A DNA stretch of 64,000 bases from contig NMRA01000311.1 in the NCBI GenBank assembly GCA_002633005.1, positions 390,114 through 454,113 of the forward strand. The letters are read 5' to 3'. Below, in pieces: positions 12,101 through 27,100 of the stretch; positions within the stretch are counted from its first letter, which is position 1, and each line of letters opens with the position of its first letter. Under the pieces are notes generated by a model. The model searched no databases and had not been told where the DNA came from. It saw only the letters and a program-made list of their open reading frames with translations. Both the position numbers and the translations under genes were made by a program. Source of the stretch: Phoronis australis. Taxonomy: Eukaryota > Animalia > Phoronida.

Positions 12101-15100
12101 GAGGTACAAGCGAGGTTTTCATAGGCAGTGACGATCCAGTCAACAGCCCCACTATCAGTGGCCTTCAAGTATCTGACTTCGTCGCTTGGAACCGTTTCCT
12201 TTTCGAGTTCGAGACGTACCGATTCGTCGGCAGTACACCAGAAGAAATGTACCTGTACAAGCACACCAAATACTATTGGACAACCGATTACTTTACGAAC
12301 AACGATTTGGTGGCGTCAGGCGAATCAAACCCCGTGTACATCACGTTGGCTTCGACGACCATGTTGGTTCCCGGTCGCAAGGGTAAAGGAAAAGCATTGA
12401 AGCTGCAGTCAGATATCAACGGCTGGGCCATGCTTGGTGAGGACTTTAAGATAATCTAGGGTGTGCTAATTGTAGACGAATATGCTCACGACTCCATAAC
12501 TCTATTTGTCATACCTAAAGTGAGTGGAACGTTTGATTTATATGAATGAAAGCAGACTAAAATATTTAAAATGACTTTCAAACTGAAATACAGCCAACTG
12601 CGATGCAGACCGATATTAAACATTTATACGTTTTTAAACAGATGCAGCAGGATACATCCGCCCACCATCGATATCTGTAGTGGTTTAGTTTGTCATAATA
12701 TATATGAACTTTTGTCTCATCCTTACATGTTACTTGTTTCCCTGTAAACTAGCTTCGGTAACTTTTGTATACATATATAACGGTTGTAGTTATTGATATC
12801 TGTATTAGTCTATTTTGTCATAATGTACATGACATTTATACGTTTATATGTGAATAAGTTTAGCGGCAGCCTCTCTTATAGGCAAAATGAGTTGACTACA
12901 CGACAGTGTTGTCAGTTGGCAGATTTTATACAAATATGTTACATGTACATACTCTTTCGAACTCTCGGCAAAACTGTCGACCCTCCAGAGAAGAATTATT
13001 CAGCAGGTGCATGTATATGAAGGTGACATAATTTTCGCTGGTGTTTGTCTTACAGGCGGCGAAATGACGCCCTACCTAAATTCGTCCACTGGAAAGTTCT
13101 GCGAAGAATGTCTCAGTGATCCATCGCGGTGTCCAGACGGGCTTTCTATCGGCTTCTGGATAAAACTTGGTGAGCATCACCACGCAGTCTCGCTGCAAAC
13201 GTCAGTTGTACGTATAAGAAGCAACCGAATTTTGTTACACTTGGCACTATTTGCAGGAAGCCCCGTTCACGTATGTGACATGTCCACCGCTTTCATGTTG
13301 CATCTGATTACCACAAACGCATATACATGCAACGTCTTCTGTTTGCAGATACGAGCTACAACGCAGGACGCTACTTTATTCTCAGCAGCGGCGAACAAGA
13401 CTACCAGTCTCGAGGTTTCTCCATTTACCTGGAGAATGGTGTATTGACGACCACCATTGCCAACGGCCAGAGATATTGGGTGGTGCCGCTGCAACCGGAG
13501 CGCTTTGTAAAAGGTATCTCTGTCACAACTTGGCAGGACACTTATTACCAAACACCGTAGAGAAACTGAGAAATCTCTTAAGTATTTAATTAACAATTTG
13601 CTTACACTGCAATAAGAATTTTCATGGGTTTGAATCCCGCACAAAATTCTGCAATTACATGTAGGTCGTGAAAGAGACGGGACAATAATTTTCATTTCCC
13701 CTGGTCGCCTTGATAATTTCCGTGTTACCTCATTGGTCTCCACGACTTTCTTGAGAGGCGCCTTGTGGCGACGAAACAGGCCCCCCATTTCGTGTGTGAT
13801 GCTAAGCTACAACGTGTTTAAAGCTTAGTGGATTGACGCCCAGGTCGCCACAACTTTCGAATAGCTGTTGCGGGGACGACATGGGGCCAACAAGATGGCG
13901 CCCTTATTTTGTGACTGCAAATCATCCGTTACCTGTGGTGAAAAGCAAAAAGAAACAAACGGAATGTTACATTCACGCAGTTTATAACAACTCATCTGGG
14001 CATTTTCAGATAGGCACAACGCCTCATCTTACCCCGATTCCGAAGCCTGCGAGCATTGTTAACTTACCATTTGGAGATTTTGAACTATGTTTTTGATTAT
14101 CCTATTTCTCTAAATATATTTAGTTTTTGTTCTATTTGTGGTGTAAAGTAAACAAATGCAATGAGATAAAAATGTCCAGTTTTCCCTACGTAATTTTAAT
14201 TTATACTAAAGGTCAATCGTTCCTCAATTACAAACATAATGTAACAACTAGCTATCCCATTGATTAATTACTCATTAATTTTTAAAGTGTCATTCACAGA
14301 AGACTTGATGGTAACGTGTTAATCTTTAACAGCTTAATAAGATATCCAATTACTAGAACACGTTTATCATAAATCACCATAGCTACGCAAAACATAGCCA
14401 CTTGACAATCAGTCCACAAACAACGTTACACGGCATGGGTCTTAATGACCAATTAACCGTGCAAAAACAACAAAGGGTCGGAGCATAATCAATTTTTGTG
14501 CAAATATATGTTGTAATGACGATATTGATCGTTTGCCTTAGCCATTAAGTTCCATATCCCACCATCGATTCTCGTTTTTATGTATATTTAAGTGACCATT
14601 TCCGCCAAGACAAGTAAAAGTACTACTAAACAAAACTGCAAAGGAAGAAATATTTTGTTGTGTGGCAAACTAAGGAAATGACTGACAGTATAGGGTTAAT
14701 AGGAAACTTTGAGATAGTGGTACTATCCGTAACATATTATTGAAAAATGGTCCACTTGTCGATTAGAGGCTATCATAGTAAGACTTTTATAACTAATTTG
14801 GAAAAAACTCAAAAGTTACATAAAACAAAAACAAAAGAAAAGAAAATTGTAACAGCGTTTTTAAGATTCCAACTTGAGCATTTATATGAAACGAAATTTG
14901 GTCGTGGTTATACCGTTGCTTTGCAATAAATGTTTGTTTCTTTTTTGCTAAATTTTAGTAAGACATGGTCACGTGGCTCGATTAATGTAAAATAGCTATT
15001 AGAATAAGCTAAAAATCAAATTCTACATGCGTACTCCTTTCCAGAAATATGAGCTTTTGCACAGTTAATTTCTACGGTCTACTTTATGTTTGGGTAAAGA

Positions 15101-18100
15101 TACAGAATTGTCGATAAGGTTCTACATAACCTCAAGAGAACGCAATGTATCACCCGAAGCTCTCTACGATACAAAAACATAATTAGTTAAGACGTTTCGT
15201 CATATTCGCACATAGTCGTCATCAGGTTGGTGTACACTGGACGTGCGCTTTTAGGCCCATGCTCTTGTATTTGAAGCTGTTCTTAGGCCTATAATCGAGT
15301 GTATACGCGTCGCATGCNATTAGAATAAGCTAAAAATCAAATTCTAGAAATATGAGCTTTTGCACAGTTAATTTCTACGGTCTACTTTATGTTTGGGTAA
15401 AGATACAGAATTGTCGATAAGGTTCTACATAACCTCAAGAGAACGCAATGTATCACCCGAAGCTCTCTACGATACAAAAACATAATTAGTTAAGACGTTT
15501 CGTCATATTCGCACATAGTCGTCATCAGGTTGGTGTACACTGGACGTGCGCTTTTAGGCCCATGCTCTTGTATTTGAAGCTGTTCTTAGGCCTATAATCG
15601 AGTGTATACGCGTCGCATGCACCTACAGATAGAAGCTTGAATTCTCGTTTAAAAAACGAAAAAATGTTGATTTGTAGGCCTATTTACTTCAAGACAACAT
15701 TTTAATTTAAAAAAATTAGATTCTTTAAACTATACTACGGATGGAGAAAAGACACCGAAAACTAAAAATTAAGCTAGACCGTGCATGGGTCAATACGCCA
15801 ACGTCTTTTGTGCTCAGGGGTTACAGGCGAATGGCTTATTAATACGGCGACAAACAGTATGGTACGAAATATCTTCTTGTCCTCCTTTGAGACGCACTCG
15901 TGGCTGCCGGCCAATAGCAGGCGATCTTCATGATGTTTCACTATTCCACCCACAGGGACCTGGATGCATTTCGCCTTCACGTGGAGCCCCTCGAAAGGAC
16001 TATGGATCTACGTGAACGGAGTCTTCGTGCTCTCCAACGTCAAGGGCATCGAGAACATCCGCGAGATTGACCGTTACTGCCGCGTAATGCTCGGCCGAGA
16101 AAATGCCGACTACAATTTTGAGGGATACGCCGAGTTCGTCGTCGAAGACATTGCCGTGTATTATTTCTTCGTTCAGGAATTCGAGTTCAGACAACGCTTC
16201 GTGCTAATTGGTAAGGGAAGATTTCGTCTCAAGTACTATGATTATTCGTAAAATGCAGCATGGTTTCTTATTTTGAATAATTATATATAATACGAACTGG
16301 CAATGAAAAATAGTATTGTACATGTCTGAATCATTGTGGAGAAATTATGTTTAAATTAGAGAGAAACCGTCTAGGTTTAGATCAAATAAAACAGTAATAC
16401 GTGATTGGGTGGCCAGTTATGACACATTCTGTTCAACATTAAGTCTGTAGTTCGGGTGAAAGTTTGCCAGTTATGGTGCGAGAGCGTGGCTTTTCAATTA
16501 AATCTTAGGTCAGTCTAAACGGTGGTAACAGTAAAGCCGACAGCCTTTTGCAAGACATGTAGCGCCTGAACCGACTTAGCAACAATTCCAAAAGTATCAA
16601 CAATCAACAGTTAATAGGCTTATCAAATTTCTCTTAGACAACGAGTACTATGCCACGGCCGACTTTTACTGGAACAGAGACAAACTTATTACACAAGATC
16701 TAAGCGCAATGGCTACATTGCGCGCTAACGGAGGATCGTTCCTGGGTCCAACCGGAAACGTCACAGCAGTCGATCCATCTGTAGCCTTCGGACCAGGCGG
16801 AATGATTCATGTCGGTAAGTGGAATTGGGTGAAATGTTAATTAGTTATGAATTTTTACCCACGGATCATCAAGGGTATGCCAGACACGTCGGAAAGTAGG
16901 GAAGGATAAAAATCATCAATTGTTTCAGAGAGAGCCAAGTCGCTAGTAACGTCAATCGTCTTAAGTGTCGCCAGCGACACCTTACGTTTGAAAAGTGTTT
17001 TAAAACATGTCTTTCATTTCAAACTTTTATGATAATTCGATTACTCTGGTGTAGAAACGTTTGAGGGACAATTTATTGTGAGGGCTGTCACAGAGGGGCG
17101 ACAGTCTTCGAGGCAACCAATCAACTGTGCGACCTTATTCGGGAACATGTAGCATGCGTTTTTGAACTATAATAATTTTCCAGCGTACATCAACACCGGC
17201 TGTCTACTGGACCTCAACTGTCCCAACGGTGTTACTGTTTCCACCTGGGTGAGAATCTTCGACATTTTCGCGGGTGATGGCACAATTCACATACTCAGGT
17301 TCGTACGCTCTATGTCTCTAATGAAGTTCTTCTGTTGAACAGAATTTTAGCCTTCACACAACATTGTTGTTGATACCACCAAATACATCGCTTTTTACTC
17401 GACCTATTTGTCATCAAGTGTCATTTTTATTGATGCATTTCAAGTACTTGAAAAGTAAATCAATCAACTTTACCACAACCGCTACCATCACCGCCCCGCC
17501 ACCAACACCGCCAGCATCACCGCCGCAGCCACCAACACCGCAGAGCCACCACCTTCATCTCGAACTTTTTGTACTGGTACACTGTATATCATTCTTTAAA
17601 ACAGCATTCTTTTTGATGTATTAGAAGACACGAGAAATCTACATGTCCACTGTTATTTAATCGATGGTGAATGATGTATTGCAGGTCTGTGGCAGACAAT
17701 TCCTCTGTTGGTTTTTCGCTGGGTGCGTCTCGTAGTGCAACACCGGGCCACTTCCACGTGCATGTCAACATTCGCACTACCACTGCCCTCTGGAATGTCA
17801 CTGCTTCACAGGTATACACGAATTTAATTGAATGTTGGTGACTCAGTGGATAATTGTTGGAGCTGATCCATAAATCCTGTTGAAACTATACTGTAAGCCA
17901 ATCGTGTGCAAAAATAAAAATTAATTCTTAATTTTGTGTTGCTTAAGACATGCACTAGCTGACCAGATTCGTCTGAACTTCGACATTAAACAGTCATTAG
18001 CAATTCCAACGATTATGCAAACAAAACCAACATTATTACACTTCTTGTATCGCTTTAAATGAGGAACGAATGTTTAGAACAACAATTATGACCTATAAGA

Positions 18101-21100
18101 AGAGAAAAGAACTCAATAATGACCATAAATGCTAGATTTGACCAAATCCGTTGATTAGAAGCTTCCACTGAAGCATCAGCTGATGTTAATTGATTACGCT
18201 ATAGTTGCTGCCTCTCAACCGCTGGGTGAACTTGGCCTTCACGTGGGACCGATACATCGGTGTGACCCTGTTCATCGACGGCAGAGTGGCTCTGAAAGAG
18301 CGTGATAGCTACCCGGTGACGTCATCAGTCGAGACTAGCACGTACTTTCTTGTTGGTGACGCGACCACATCGAATGTGACTCAGTTCGACATGTATAATG
18401 CTGCCATCTGGGAGAAGTACATGTACTCGAGCGACGGCAATAAATTGCTCGGTGTAACAGGTAAGTGAAACAGCTATCAACATATTCATTAGTTGTCGAT
18501 GCAGGAGTAGCGTCCATCACTAGGCCCCCATTTGATCTATTAACATATTCTAACTGCAACTTGTTTAAATAAAGCTTTAAAATTAAATAATCATACGTTG
18601 TCAATCCTCATAAATCTGGATCGAGTTCCAAAATAATTTACAAAATCCGGTGATTTTCAAGCGAGGCTATCGCTTTAGGAGAGTTATACGGGTACTAATG
18701 GGGTGTCAGCTGGTGACTGAACTGGCTTTTGGTAAACATGCAAAACATGGCTTAATATGGACAAACCTGTTAGTGTTGCTGATCATAATGTACTTGTAGT
18801 ACGTATGAAGTAGAATTTGAAAACTTTTGTTATTAAAGCATTGAAGAAAGGACTATGAGATTATCATCGATTTCTATAGTATTTGGATTTCAGAATGAAA
18901 CAAAAGAAAATACATAACATCTAGAATTTTGGTTCACTTACACATACAGGTTTAGACAATGCATTATAAGTTTGTAATACAAGGCTATCGAATTTTTCAG
19001 CGCTCCAACATGAGTACTATATCAATAGCGACTACATCTGGACCTTCAGTGGACCTCTGTATGACCTTGCTCGTACCCGCAAAACCATGACCAACGCTAC
19101 CATTGAACAAAACACTAACCTGGCCACGGAACTCAAAGGAGCGGCTCTAGCTGTATCCTCCTCTGGTCTGTGGACCAGTCTGGGTGACTTTCAAGGAACG
19201 TGCATTTTGAATCCAGAAAGCTGCGAAGGATTTGTTCTCGAGATGTCTGCCTATCTTTACCCGCTTTCCAAAGATCCGATTACCGGTGAAGCACCCAAAA
19301 GTTACCTCGTAAATATTGGAGCTCCAGAAGTAGGTTAGTACTAAGACAGCGGTATGTAGACATGTGCCAAAGTGCACAAAGCTGTATATCATTTTTTTAT
19401 ATAGCTTTGATCCAAGGCTAGGGAATGTCACGCCATACTGCATAGAACAGCGCTGCTATCCAAAATCTACAAAATTGGAGTTCCAGTTTCAGTTTATTAG
19501 TCAGTCGAATATATAACTTAAGAGCCAACTGGTGTAAAAATCTACAGCGTCGAAGGAGATACAAACTAGCGTTCTCTTCAAGACGTGAAATGTTTGAGCT
19601 ATGCTTCTTACCACTATAAAGCATTTCCAGCTTGAAAAAACTATAAAGCATTAACTTGCTGGAAATTGGACACTTCATAAGGATGGGAAACAGTTCTGGT
19701 ATGTAAAATAGTAAAAAATAAAAATAAAACGACGAGCGTTGGTACAAAATATATTAAAATATTCCCTACATTTAGAGCGATGCGCTCTTTGTCAAGGGTA
19801 TGATACAGACTGCCGGATAGATGGATACTAAATACAATCACACACGTGACAGCATGGTGATATACAATAGGCAGCAGGAACAATATCGAATATTTCAATA
19901 TATTTTAGTACCGACGCTCGTCGTTTTATTTTACTATTTTACTATTTTATATTCTTATCCGTCGGTAACTGCACGGCATTCCGGCATCTATTTGATTTAT
20001 TTACTAGTATAGTTCTAGTAGTTCTACTCAAACATATGTACAGGCAGAACAATTTATCTCAAAACCATTCACTGAAAATTTAACTATACTTCAGGATTCC
20101 AAGGACTTACTGTTGTTCAACAACTGAAAGCGGATGGATCCAACAGCTTACATGTGTACGTTGCCAACGATGTTTATCTTTACGAGGCTGACCTGCCAGT
20201 TACCACAAACGTGTGGATGAGAGTCACTTTCGGCTGGAACATCTACCAAGGCATAGTGATTCTCGTGGACGGCGAGGCACCAGTCTACACGGTAAGAGCA
20301 GTCACATCTTCGCTGTGTTCGCCTGTTTAAAGCGGCTATAAACCCGTGTTCCGTTCAAGAACCTAATTTTTTATTTGGACCACTTGCCGCCATAAAATCA
20401 AATCTCAGCTTGCTGTTTACTGAGGTTTGCAAGGAATTGACAGTTTGCAGCCAACAGTACAAGGACACAACTTCACTGGTGTTGGAAGGGTAAATACACT
20501 TTATGAAATTGAGTAAAACGTGAAAAAAGTAAGGCACCCACAGGTAACACGTGGAACTCCTAAGAAAACAATATTAGGGAACTGTTTGATGGATGTTGCA
20601 GCGTTGTGTGTAAATACCGCGAAATTCATGTGTCCGACTGTGTCATACGTGGCAGTCCTTTTGTTTCATAACGACGATGTTGAGATGAAGTATCACGTAT
20701 TTGGTGACCATTCGTTTCAGAAATCGAAGAAGCGGACGCCAACCAGTAAAGTACTTGCGCCTCAACTTATGATTGGCAAATCTTCAGAGGGAGACGTTGG
20801 TTTCATGGACGCCAAAGTAGATGACGTTACCTTGACCTTTAGCACGGACATGAGGCGTCAGCCAGAAGGTAACACAATGGCGTAATAATACACTGTCTTA
20901 AAGTTTTGTAGGGCTATAGAAAAATGTCTAATTTGGCTAAGTTTGCAACATTATATCTCAGAAGTTGATTATCCCACTCCTATAAAACTTTCAGTTGCTA
21001 TGCGTAATGCTCTGTTCGCCAAAACGCTGTTAGGGACTGCTTCTCAAATGTTTCACTTTTACAGGAGGGGCTACCAAAATAGATTTTTTTTGATTTTTAT

Positions 21101-24100
21101 GAGGAAACTCGATAGCTACACAAAACAAAAATACATGATAGTACACAAGACTGTAACAGCGTTTTTGACATTTTATCTTGAAGACCTAACATTTTAAGTC
21201 TAACAGCCCTTCTATAAATGAATATACATATGTATCATAGCCTCACAATAGAGTGAAACCCTGGTCCAATTATTATAAATTAGTACAGCTAACAGGTATT
21301 TACTTTAAGTATTATTTTTAATATTAGTAACAACATTACTATTTAAATGCATTGTTGTATTCTAGGTGTGTGCTATGACGATGTCGACATTCGCTACATG
21401 CTTGAAGATAGCGAAGTTTACGTAGATAAGGGCAGACTGTCGCTCAACGACCGAGCACAGATAGCCAACGGGGCTCTAGGCGTCCGCAAGGGATTCATCG
21501 AATTAGGTGAAACGACAGTCTTGTACACCGATTTGATTGGATTTTTGTTGTTCTGGTTTTTATACTTGCCTTTGTAATGCACCCTCAAACGTCTAAATGA
21601 ATTGACCGAAGAACACGATCGTGATCTCACAATCAGACATATACGCATTTGCGGCGTTCTTCTCTTCATGCTAACCAGTTTCCATTGCAAGAAAAAATAG
21701 AATGATCCGTTAAGCATTAAGTATTAGACAATAATTGTGAAAGCTGCTTATGGCGATCCCTTTGCTGGGGAGCTTGGATACATAGAAATCTCAAAGAAAT
21801 CTAAGCTCGTCTTGATGAAAACCCTTTCGAGAACCGTTCCACGACGTATTGACTTGAAAATATGTCGATTTTGATCAACGTGAACGACACGTGCTCATTT
21901 TATGCTGCAGATGATTTCAAGAAACGATGTGTAAGCGACCCATCGCTATGCGACAAAGGACTCAGCGTGTCTCTGTGGGTCAACTTGTTGGAATGCCGCT
22001 CGAACACGTCCGTTATCCTCAGGTGAGATCCACATGGTTACGATTCATGCGCACACCCAGCCTTAAGTATAGGGGGTTCGAATTCTTGAGAATGTGGACA
22101 TTTAACTAACAAAAAACGGGATACCACGTTCACAGCTGTGAATTGTGCATTCGCGCCTTTTTAATGGACTTTTGTCTCATTTTCTCGGATGTTTGTTCCT
22201 CTGAAACGGAGATTTTTGCCCACTTCGCCCCCGAGCCCCGCCCCCCTGGGTGTGCACATGCGATTATCAACTTTTTAATTAAGTATCACCTCTAGGGATA
22301 CTCCATCGTTTCGATTTCAGTACAAACCTGTGTACTCAAATCGAGTTACGAAACAATGCAGTTTCACCATATCGCCACGTTTATTTAAAATACAGGCAAC
22401 ATTGAAATATATTTTTTCAACTCCAGATGGCACAAATAACAGAATGGCACCGAATTATCAACTTTTCACAAACTAAAAAGTGATAGGATACGAACGTAAT
22501 TTTAACCATAAAAAATAAGTGATGCCTAGACTAATGAAGCATACTCCCACAATTAGTGTTGCAACGATTCAACAACTTGTCGACATCGTCGCTAGAGAAA
22601 ATCATCCACTTGAAATCAATTCCAAGACAGTAAAATCGGATGTTCTGACATCTCGTTAGAACATGAAAAGAATCACGCAAACGAGGTGATGTCTCCCTGT
22701 CAGCACGAAAATCTTGGTCAAGTATTGCTAAAACATTAAAGGTTACACAGGGCAGTAACCTCGGCCGCTGGCTAATCTAGGTCTAGTGACAAAGGGCCGC
22801 GGCACCTAATGTTCGCTAAACAAAAACCTCTATGGTTTATCTGATCTCGTTGCCTGTCATATCTAACAGACTCAGTGCCACTCAAAACTGATTCAGGACA
22901 GAGTTTGGAATAGGAAGCGGTTTCCCATTAATCTATTGTGACAAAAATTCTATTCATACCACTGACTTCAGAAGAGGCGTCAACCTGTACTACATAAAAA
23001 TGCAGTTATGCAAATTAATACATGTATACATGTATATCCAAGAACCTAAATCTCGTCATTCCTTACAGCTCCGGAGCTCCAACTGACAGAGGAATATGCA
23101 TATCAGTAGTCAACACGACAGCAGACAGTGCCGTCGATGTCACTTTCCAAGTCCACGATGGAACAACCTTTTGGGAGGCCGTGGTCCCTGACATAGAGAC
23201 CAATCAGTGGGTCAACCTGGGCTTCACTTGGAACATAACCACGGGTCTTAAGGCATACGTTCACGGGCATGCCAGAGGTAAAACACAATAAATTTTAATT
23301 GAAATTAATTGGTACCTCAAGATCTGTGACTGAAAGAGTAAAAAGTTTGTTGGCGCGTTGACGATTAATGTTTCCCCTTTGGTTTAAAGCCAGTGTCTTC
23401 AGCCTCTCAAAGTTAGATTCTTGTACTGGTATAAATAGGCTCGATTTACGTAAAGAGTGTTTGCAAAAATCTGCACAAATTGTTCCATAATTAAATAGCA
23501 ATGACCTTGGGATCGACGAGAGAGCGGTAGACTGTTCATATATTGCAAAATATCTTTCTTCTACAAGAGATTGCTCTATACATGTAAGTCCTCGCTAATT
23601 TGATAGGTGAAGTTTTAAAACACAGTTTCATATCACTTGAGTGCAGCGAAAGCAAAAGGGTCCTCTACTTTTGTGTCGTACGCTTCGTCGCCTTTACAGG
23701 ACTAAGCCACTGATCTCACCTGATTACTGCGCCATCTGCCTAAGTCCGGAAATACATGTAGATGCCTTATGTGAACTTTCTTACGCATTGCAGTCAATGA
23801 TACCGTGGGCCAAGCTCCCAATGTGACCGGTCCGGACATGAACACTACTTTGGTATTGGGGAAGAACAACGCCGTCGATGATAACTACCTGGATGCCGAC
23901 TTTGACGATGTTGCCATCTGGCTGACTGACCTTTCTACAAACATTGACGTGCAAAGAATGCTGGAAGGAACCGCATGCGGTGTTCTGGGTGAGAACTACT
24001 TTCACGAGAATCATATAAGTTTTTGCCGTGAACACGATGCTTGTGATCATCAGACATACACGTTGGAGTCATCCAGTGTAGTAACTGCATGTACCTTCAA

Positions 24101-27100
24101 TGCAGCAATTAAATCAAATTAGCAATAATGAACATTTCCATCAATACTGTTCACAAAATGACGTATACACAGTTTGAGGCAGGGACATTTGTGTCGCACT
24201 GTGTACTACAGAGTGTTTAAAATTACGATGAAATAATACAAACAACATGTTCATGATTCATTGACATTGCCTGCTCAAGGAAATACTTTTGTGACTAAAA
24301 CGGGAAAGACGACCCTTCGACGAATCCAAACTTTGCGCTGCCAATTTGCCGAGATATTCTTATCGGAAACTTATTTTGCAGAGTTTGTCGACCCTGAGGC
24401 GTTCACCAAAGCTCCTGAATTTTTCATCAACATAACAGATGCACGTAAGTTTGAAACAACTTCAGCTCGTATCTCTTGAAATTCACACACTGCATTTAAT
24501 CTTGCGCCATTTTTACTTCTTGTCAGGGTGTGTCCTTTGTTTTAATCATAATCTTCGTTTGCACAGCGCCGACGTTGCCACCAGGATGTCATTACTATGT
24601 AGCGGGCAAATGTGCTGGCAATCTGACGGACTTGTTGAAAACCTTCACGGCTTCCGGCATTACCAACTACACCTACAGTGACGTTCAACTGTTCATCAAG
24701 AAATTGATCGATGTTTCTTATCCGTACCAGAACGAGACGGCGTCTATCGACTTTCTGGAGCAGTCCATAGACGCTCTTTCCATTGTGGCAGGCATGAGTT
24801 ACCACACTCAAATGGAACAGAGCCTAGCCACGGAGCAATTGCAGGTGAATGATTAGAAATTGCTGTAGATGGTTATCAAAAGCATTTAGTGATTTGTTCA
24901 TTTTTATTGAATGAATTTATTGATTAGATTTGAAATATCAACGTTTACACCAACTTAAAAGTGGATTTCAAGAAAAAGAGGCAGCAAGGACTTAGCAAAA
25001 CCCAAACCTCCTCACCTACATGTATTACCAGTGGCTGGCTGCATGAAGCTGTCCCAACAGAAATTCAACAATGCTCCCTAAATTTTCAGCGCATCTATAG
25101 TTTGTTTACACACTTATGTTTAATTCTGTCACTTTACCTTCGCTGTGAGCTCCTTGACATTTTGTATCTAAAAACTGAACCCATATTTCAACCTAAATAA
25201 ATAGGAACTAGATCCTTAATTTAGAGGCATTGCATGGAATGGTCCCTATTGATTTTCAATAATATTGAAATTCAGTGATTACTCTCGGCATGTATCAAAG
25301 CTAAACTTTTACGCTCCTACGCAAAAAATTACGGACAATCAACGAATTTAGAGAATGTTTAGTGGAAGCCCTATAGGAACTGTTTGGTGCGACCGGAACA
25401 CATACCAAGATCATGCATGTCAGCTCTTTCCTACCGTTCAAGTTGTTAATGTTAATATCTTTCACCATTAGATTCTCGCCTGTGGAATAAATAAACGTGA
25501 ATGAGGTATTTCAAAGCAAATGAAGGGAAAAGGGCTGTCCATTAACATAGCGTCAATGAGAGAAACGTGACACGGAATCTAAAGATGGGTATCCATCTGT
25601 AGAAGTTGCACAATGGTTTCTTTCTTTCTCTTCTTTACATTTCACACTCGAAGTCGAGTATTCTGAAGTAGTTGTCATTCATTCCCTTGCGTACATTCAT
25701 TCACTCACTAGTAAGACCGCGCTCAGAGGAGTAGGAGACACTTTAGTGCAATGCTCAGTTGTCTGCCAGTGAGGTCAGGATTCGAAGCCGGGTCTTCCAA
25801 ACGGGAATCCTGAGTTCAAACCTCAAAACCTTTCGAGGAAACAATAGCCCTGAATGTAGGCCTGTGAAGCATTGCTAATCAGTTTCAATTGAATCTTATT
25901 ATAGGAACTCGTCAACTTGACAAGCTACATCCTACACGAAGAAACGTACGCTGACAAGTGGTACAATATTCAGTTGGTAAGTAATGCTGATTTTTAGATT
26001 AAAGAGGCATGGAACGCGAAACCTCTTCAAAAATACCTTTTAAACAATTCTTGATGAAAGTGCTATCTTGCAACATCTAGTACTGAGCAATTCACTTTCT
26101 TATATGAGGAAATTTCCAGAAAAAAATCACAAAATTCACGATTTTTGAAATACCCGCAAAGGAAATACTCTATGGTTACCACAGAATTTCTGATCTCCCT
26201 CCAACTTATGATAAATGCGTGCATGCGTTCACAGTCAGTTGCTTGAAGCCACTCGACGTCAAAGGTCACCTTTGCCATATAACAGAAATTTATTACGTCT
26301 ATGTCCTGTCATAACAAATAAGGAGTGCTTTGCATTGTGGGACAAAAATCGACGAACTAACTATCAGTTGACAGATCGTTTTTGGAAATTTGAAACTAAA
26401 AGAAAATGCTTTGATATCAACAAAAATTAAAAATCTTTAGGAACTAACCCTGAAAATACCAGGTGAGCAGTTTGAATTCTGTTTCAGTGGCAGAGAAACA
26501 TTTTCAATATTGTAATATAGTCTGATTATTGCTGTTATTTGTAAAAAAAAACATACTGAAAGTTCACAATTTTCACCGGTAATGTGTGCAAACGAGAAAC
26601 ATTTTATTCATAAGACGAAATGCACACCAGCATTCACAATATTCGAAAACTTCATTTGAGTCTGAACAGCCAACTCTGAGAATTGATGTTCCAAAGTAAG
26701 CTTAATCGTGATATTGCTGAGAAGGATAGGAGTCGTCCTCTGACGCAATACAAAACTGCAGATGAGAAATGGTCTTTTTGTTTATTTCAGACGAAAGCTG
26801 GAACGCCATCGGTTATAGAACATTTCGAGAAGAGCGCAACGAAAATTATCAAAGCAATGAAAATGATCGATTCCGTTGATTTCATTGACTTGAACAGCAA
26901 AGCTATAGATCTTGGTAAGTGGTTCAACCTAAATGTTTAAAAATGTTCATCACTGCATCAATCAAATTAAAAGAGGGAAAGGCGAGCTGTCTAACTAGTT
27001 AGGGACGACAGCTAAGCATTGTTACCTACTGAAAGTGCTAAAAAACAGACGGGAATGTCAAACAGCATTTCGTTAGATTTGGAAGGAGCAATATGTGATA

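Larger units (their letters stand above)
6191..23988 (+). other. Six tandem GPR133-type pentraxin/laminin-G-like (concanavalin-A fold) repeats in the aGPCR ectodomain
   Basis: Recurrent motif set C-x(2-3)-P-x2-C-x2-G-x-S/T-x3-W, then W-x-[NH]-[LVF]-x-F-T-W-x4-G-L-x-[VL]-[YF]-V-[ND]-G, then [LI]G, then D-[DE]-V-A-x-W. D1 6191-8632 (CFVNPNNCSNGFSFGLW), D2 9159 to about 12230, D3 about 12230-16210 (CLSDPSRCPDGLSIGFW; WMHFAFTWSPSKGLWIYVNG), D4 16638-18460, D5 19001-20868 (CILNPESCEG), D6 21366-23988 (CVSDPSLCDKGLSVSLW). Matches the pattern I recall for the single GPR133 N-terminal domain. Confidence 0.85.

Noticed and set aside
14998-15620. Apparent recent tandem duplication in an aGPCR intron
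   Set aside because: The copies abut a single N exactly and differ by one small indel; typical of unmerged allelic contig ends.
25760-25830. tRNA-like B-box (GGATTCGAAGCC)
   Set aside because: No cloverleaf or A-box can be assembled; at most a decayed SINE fragment.
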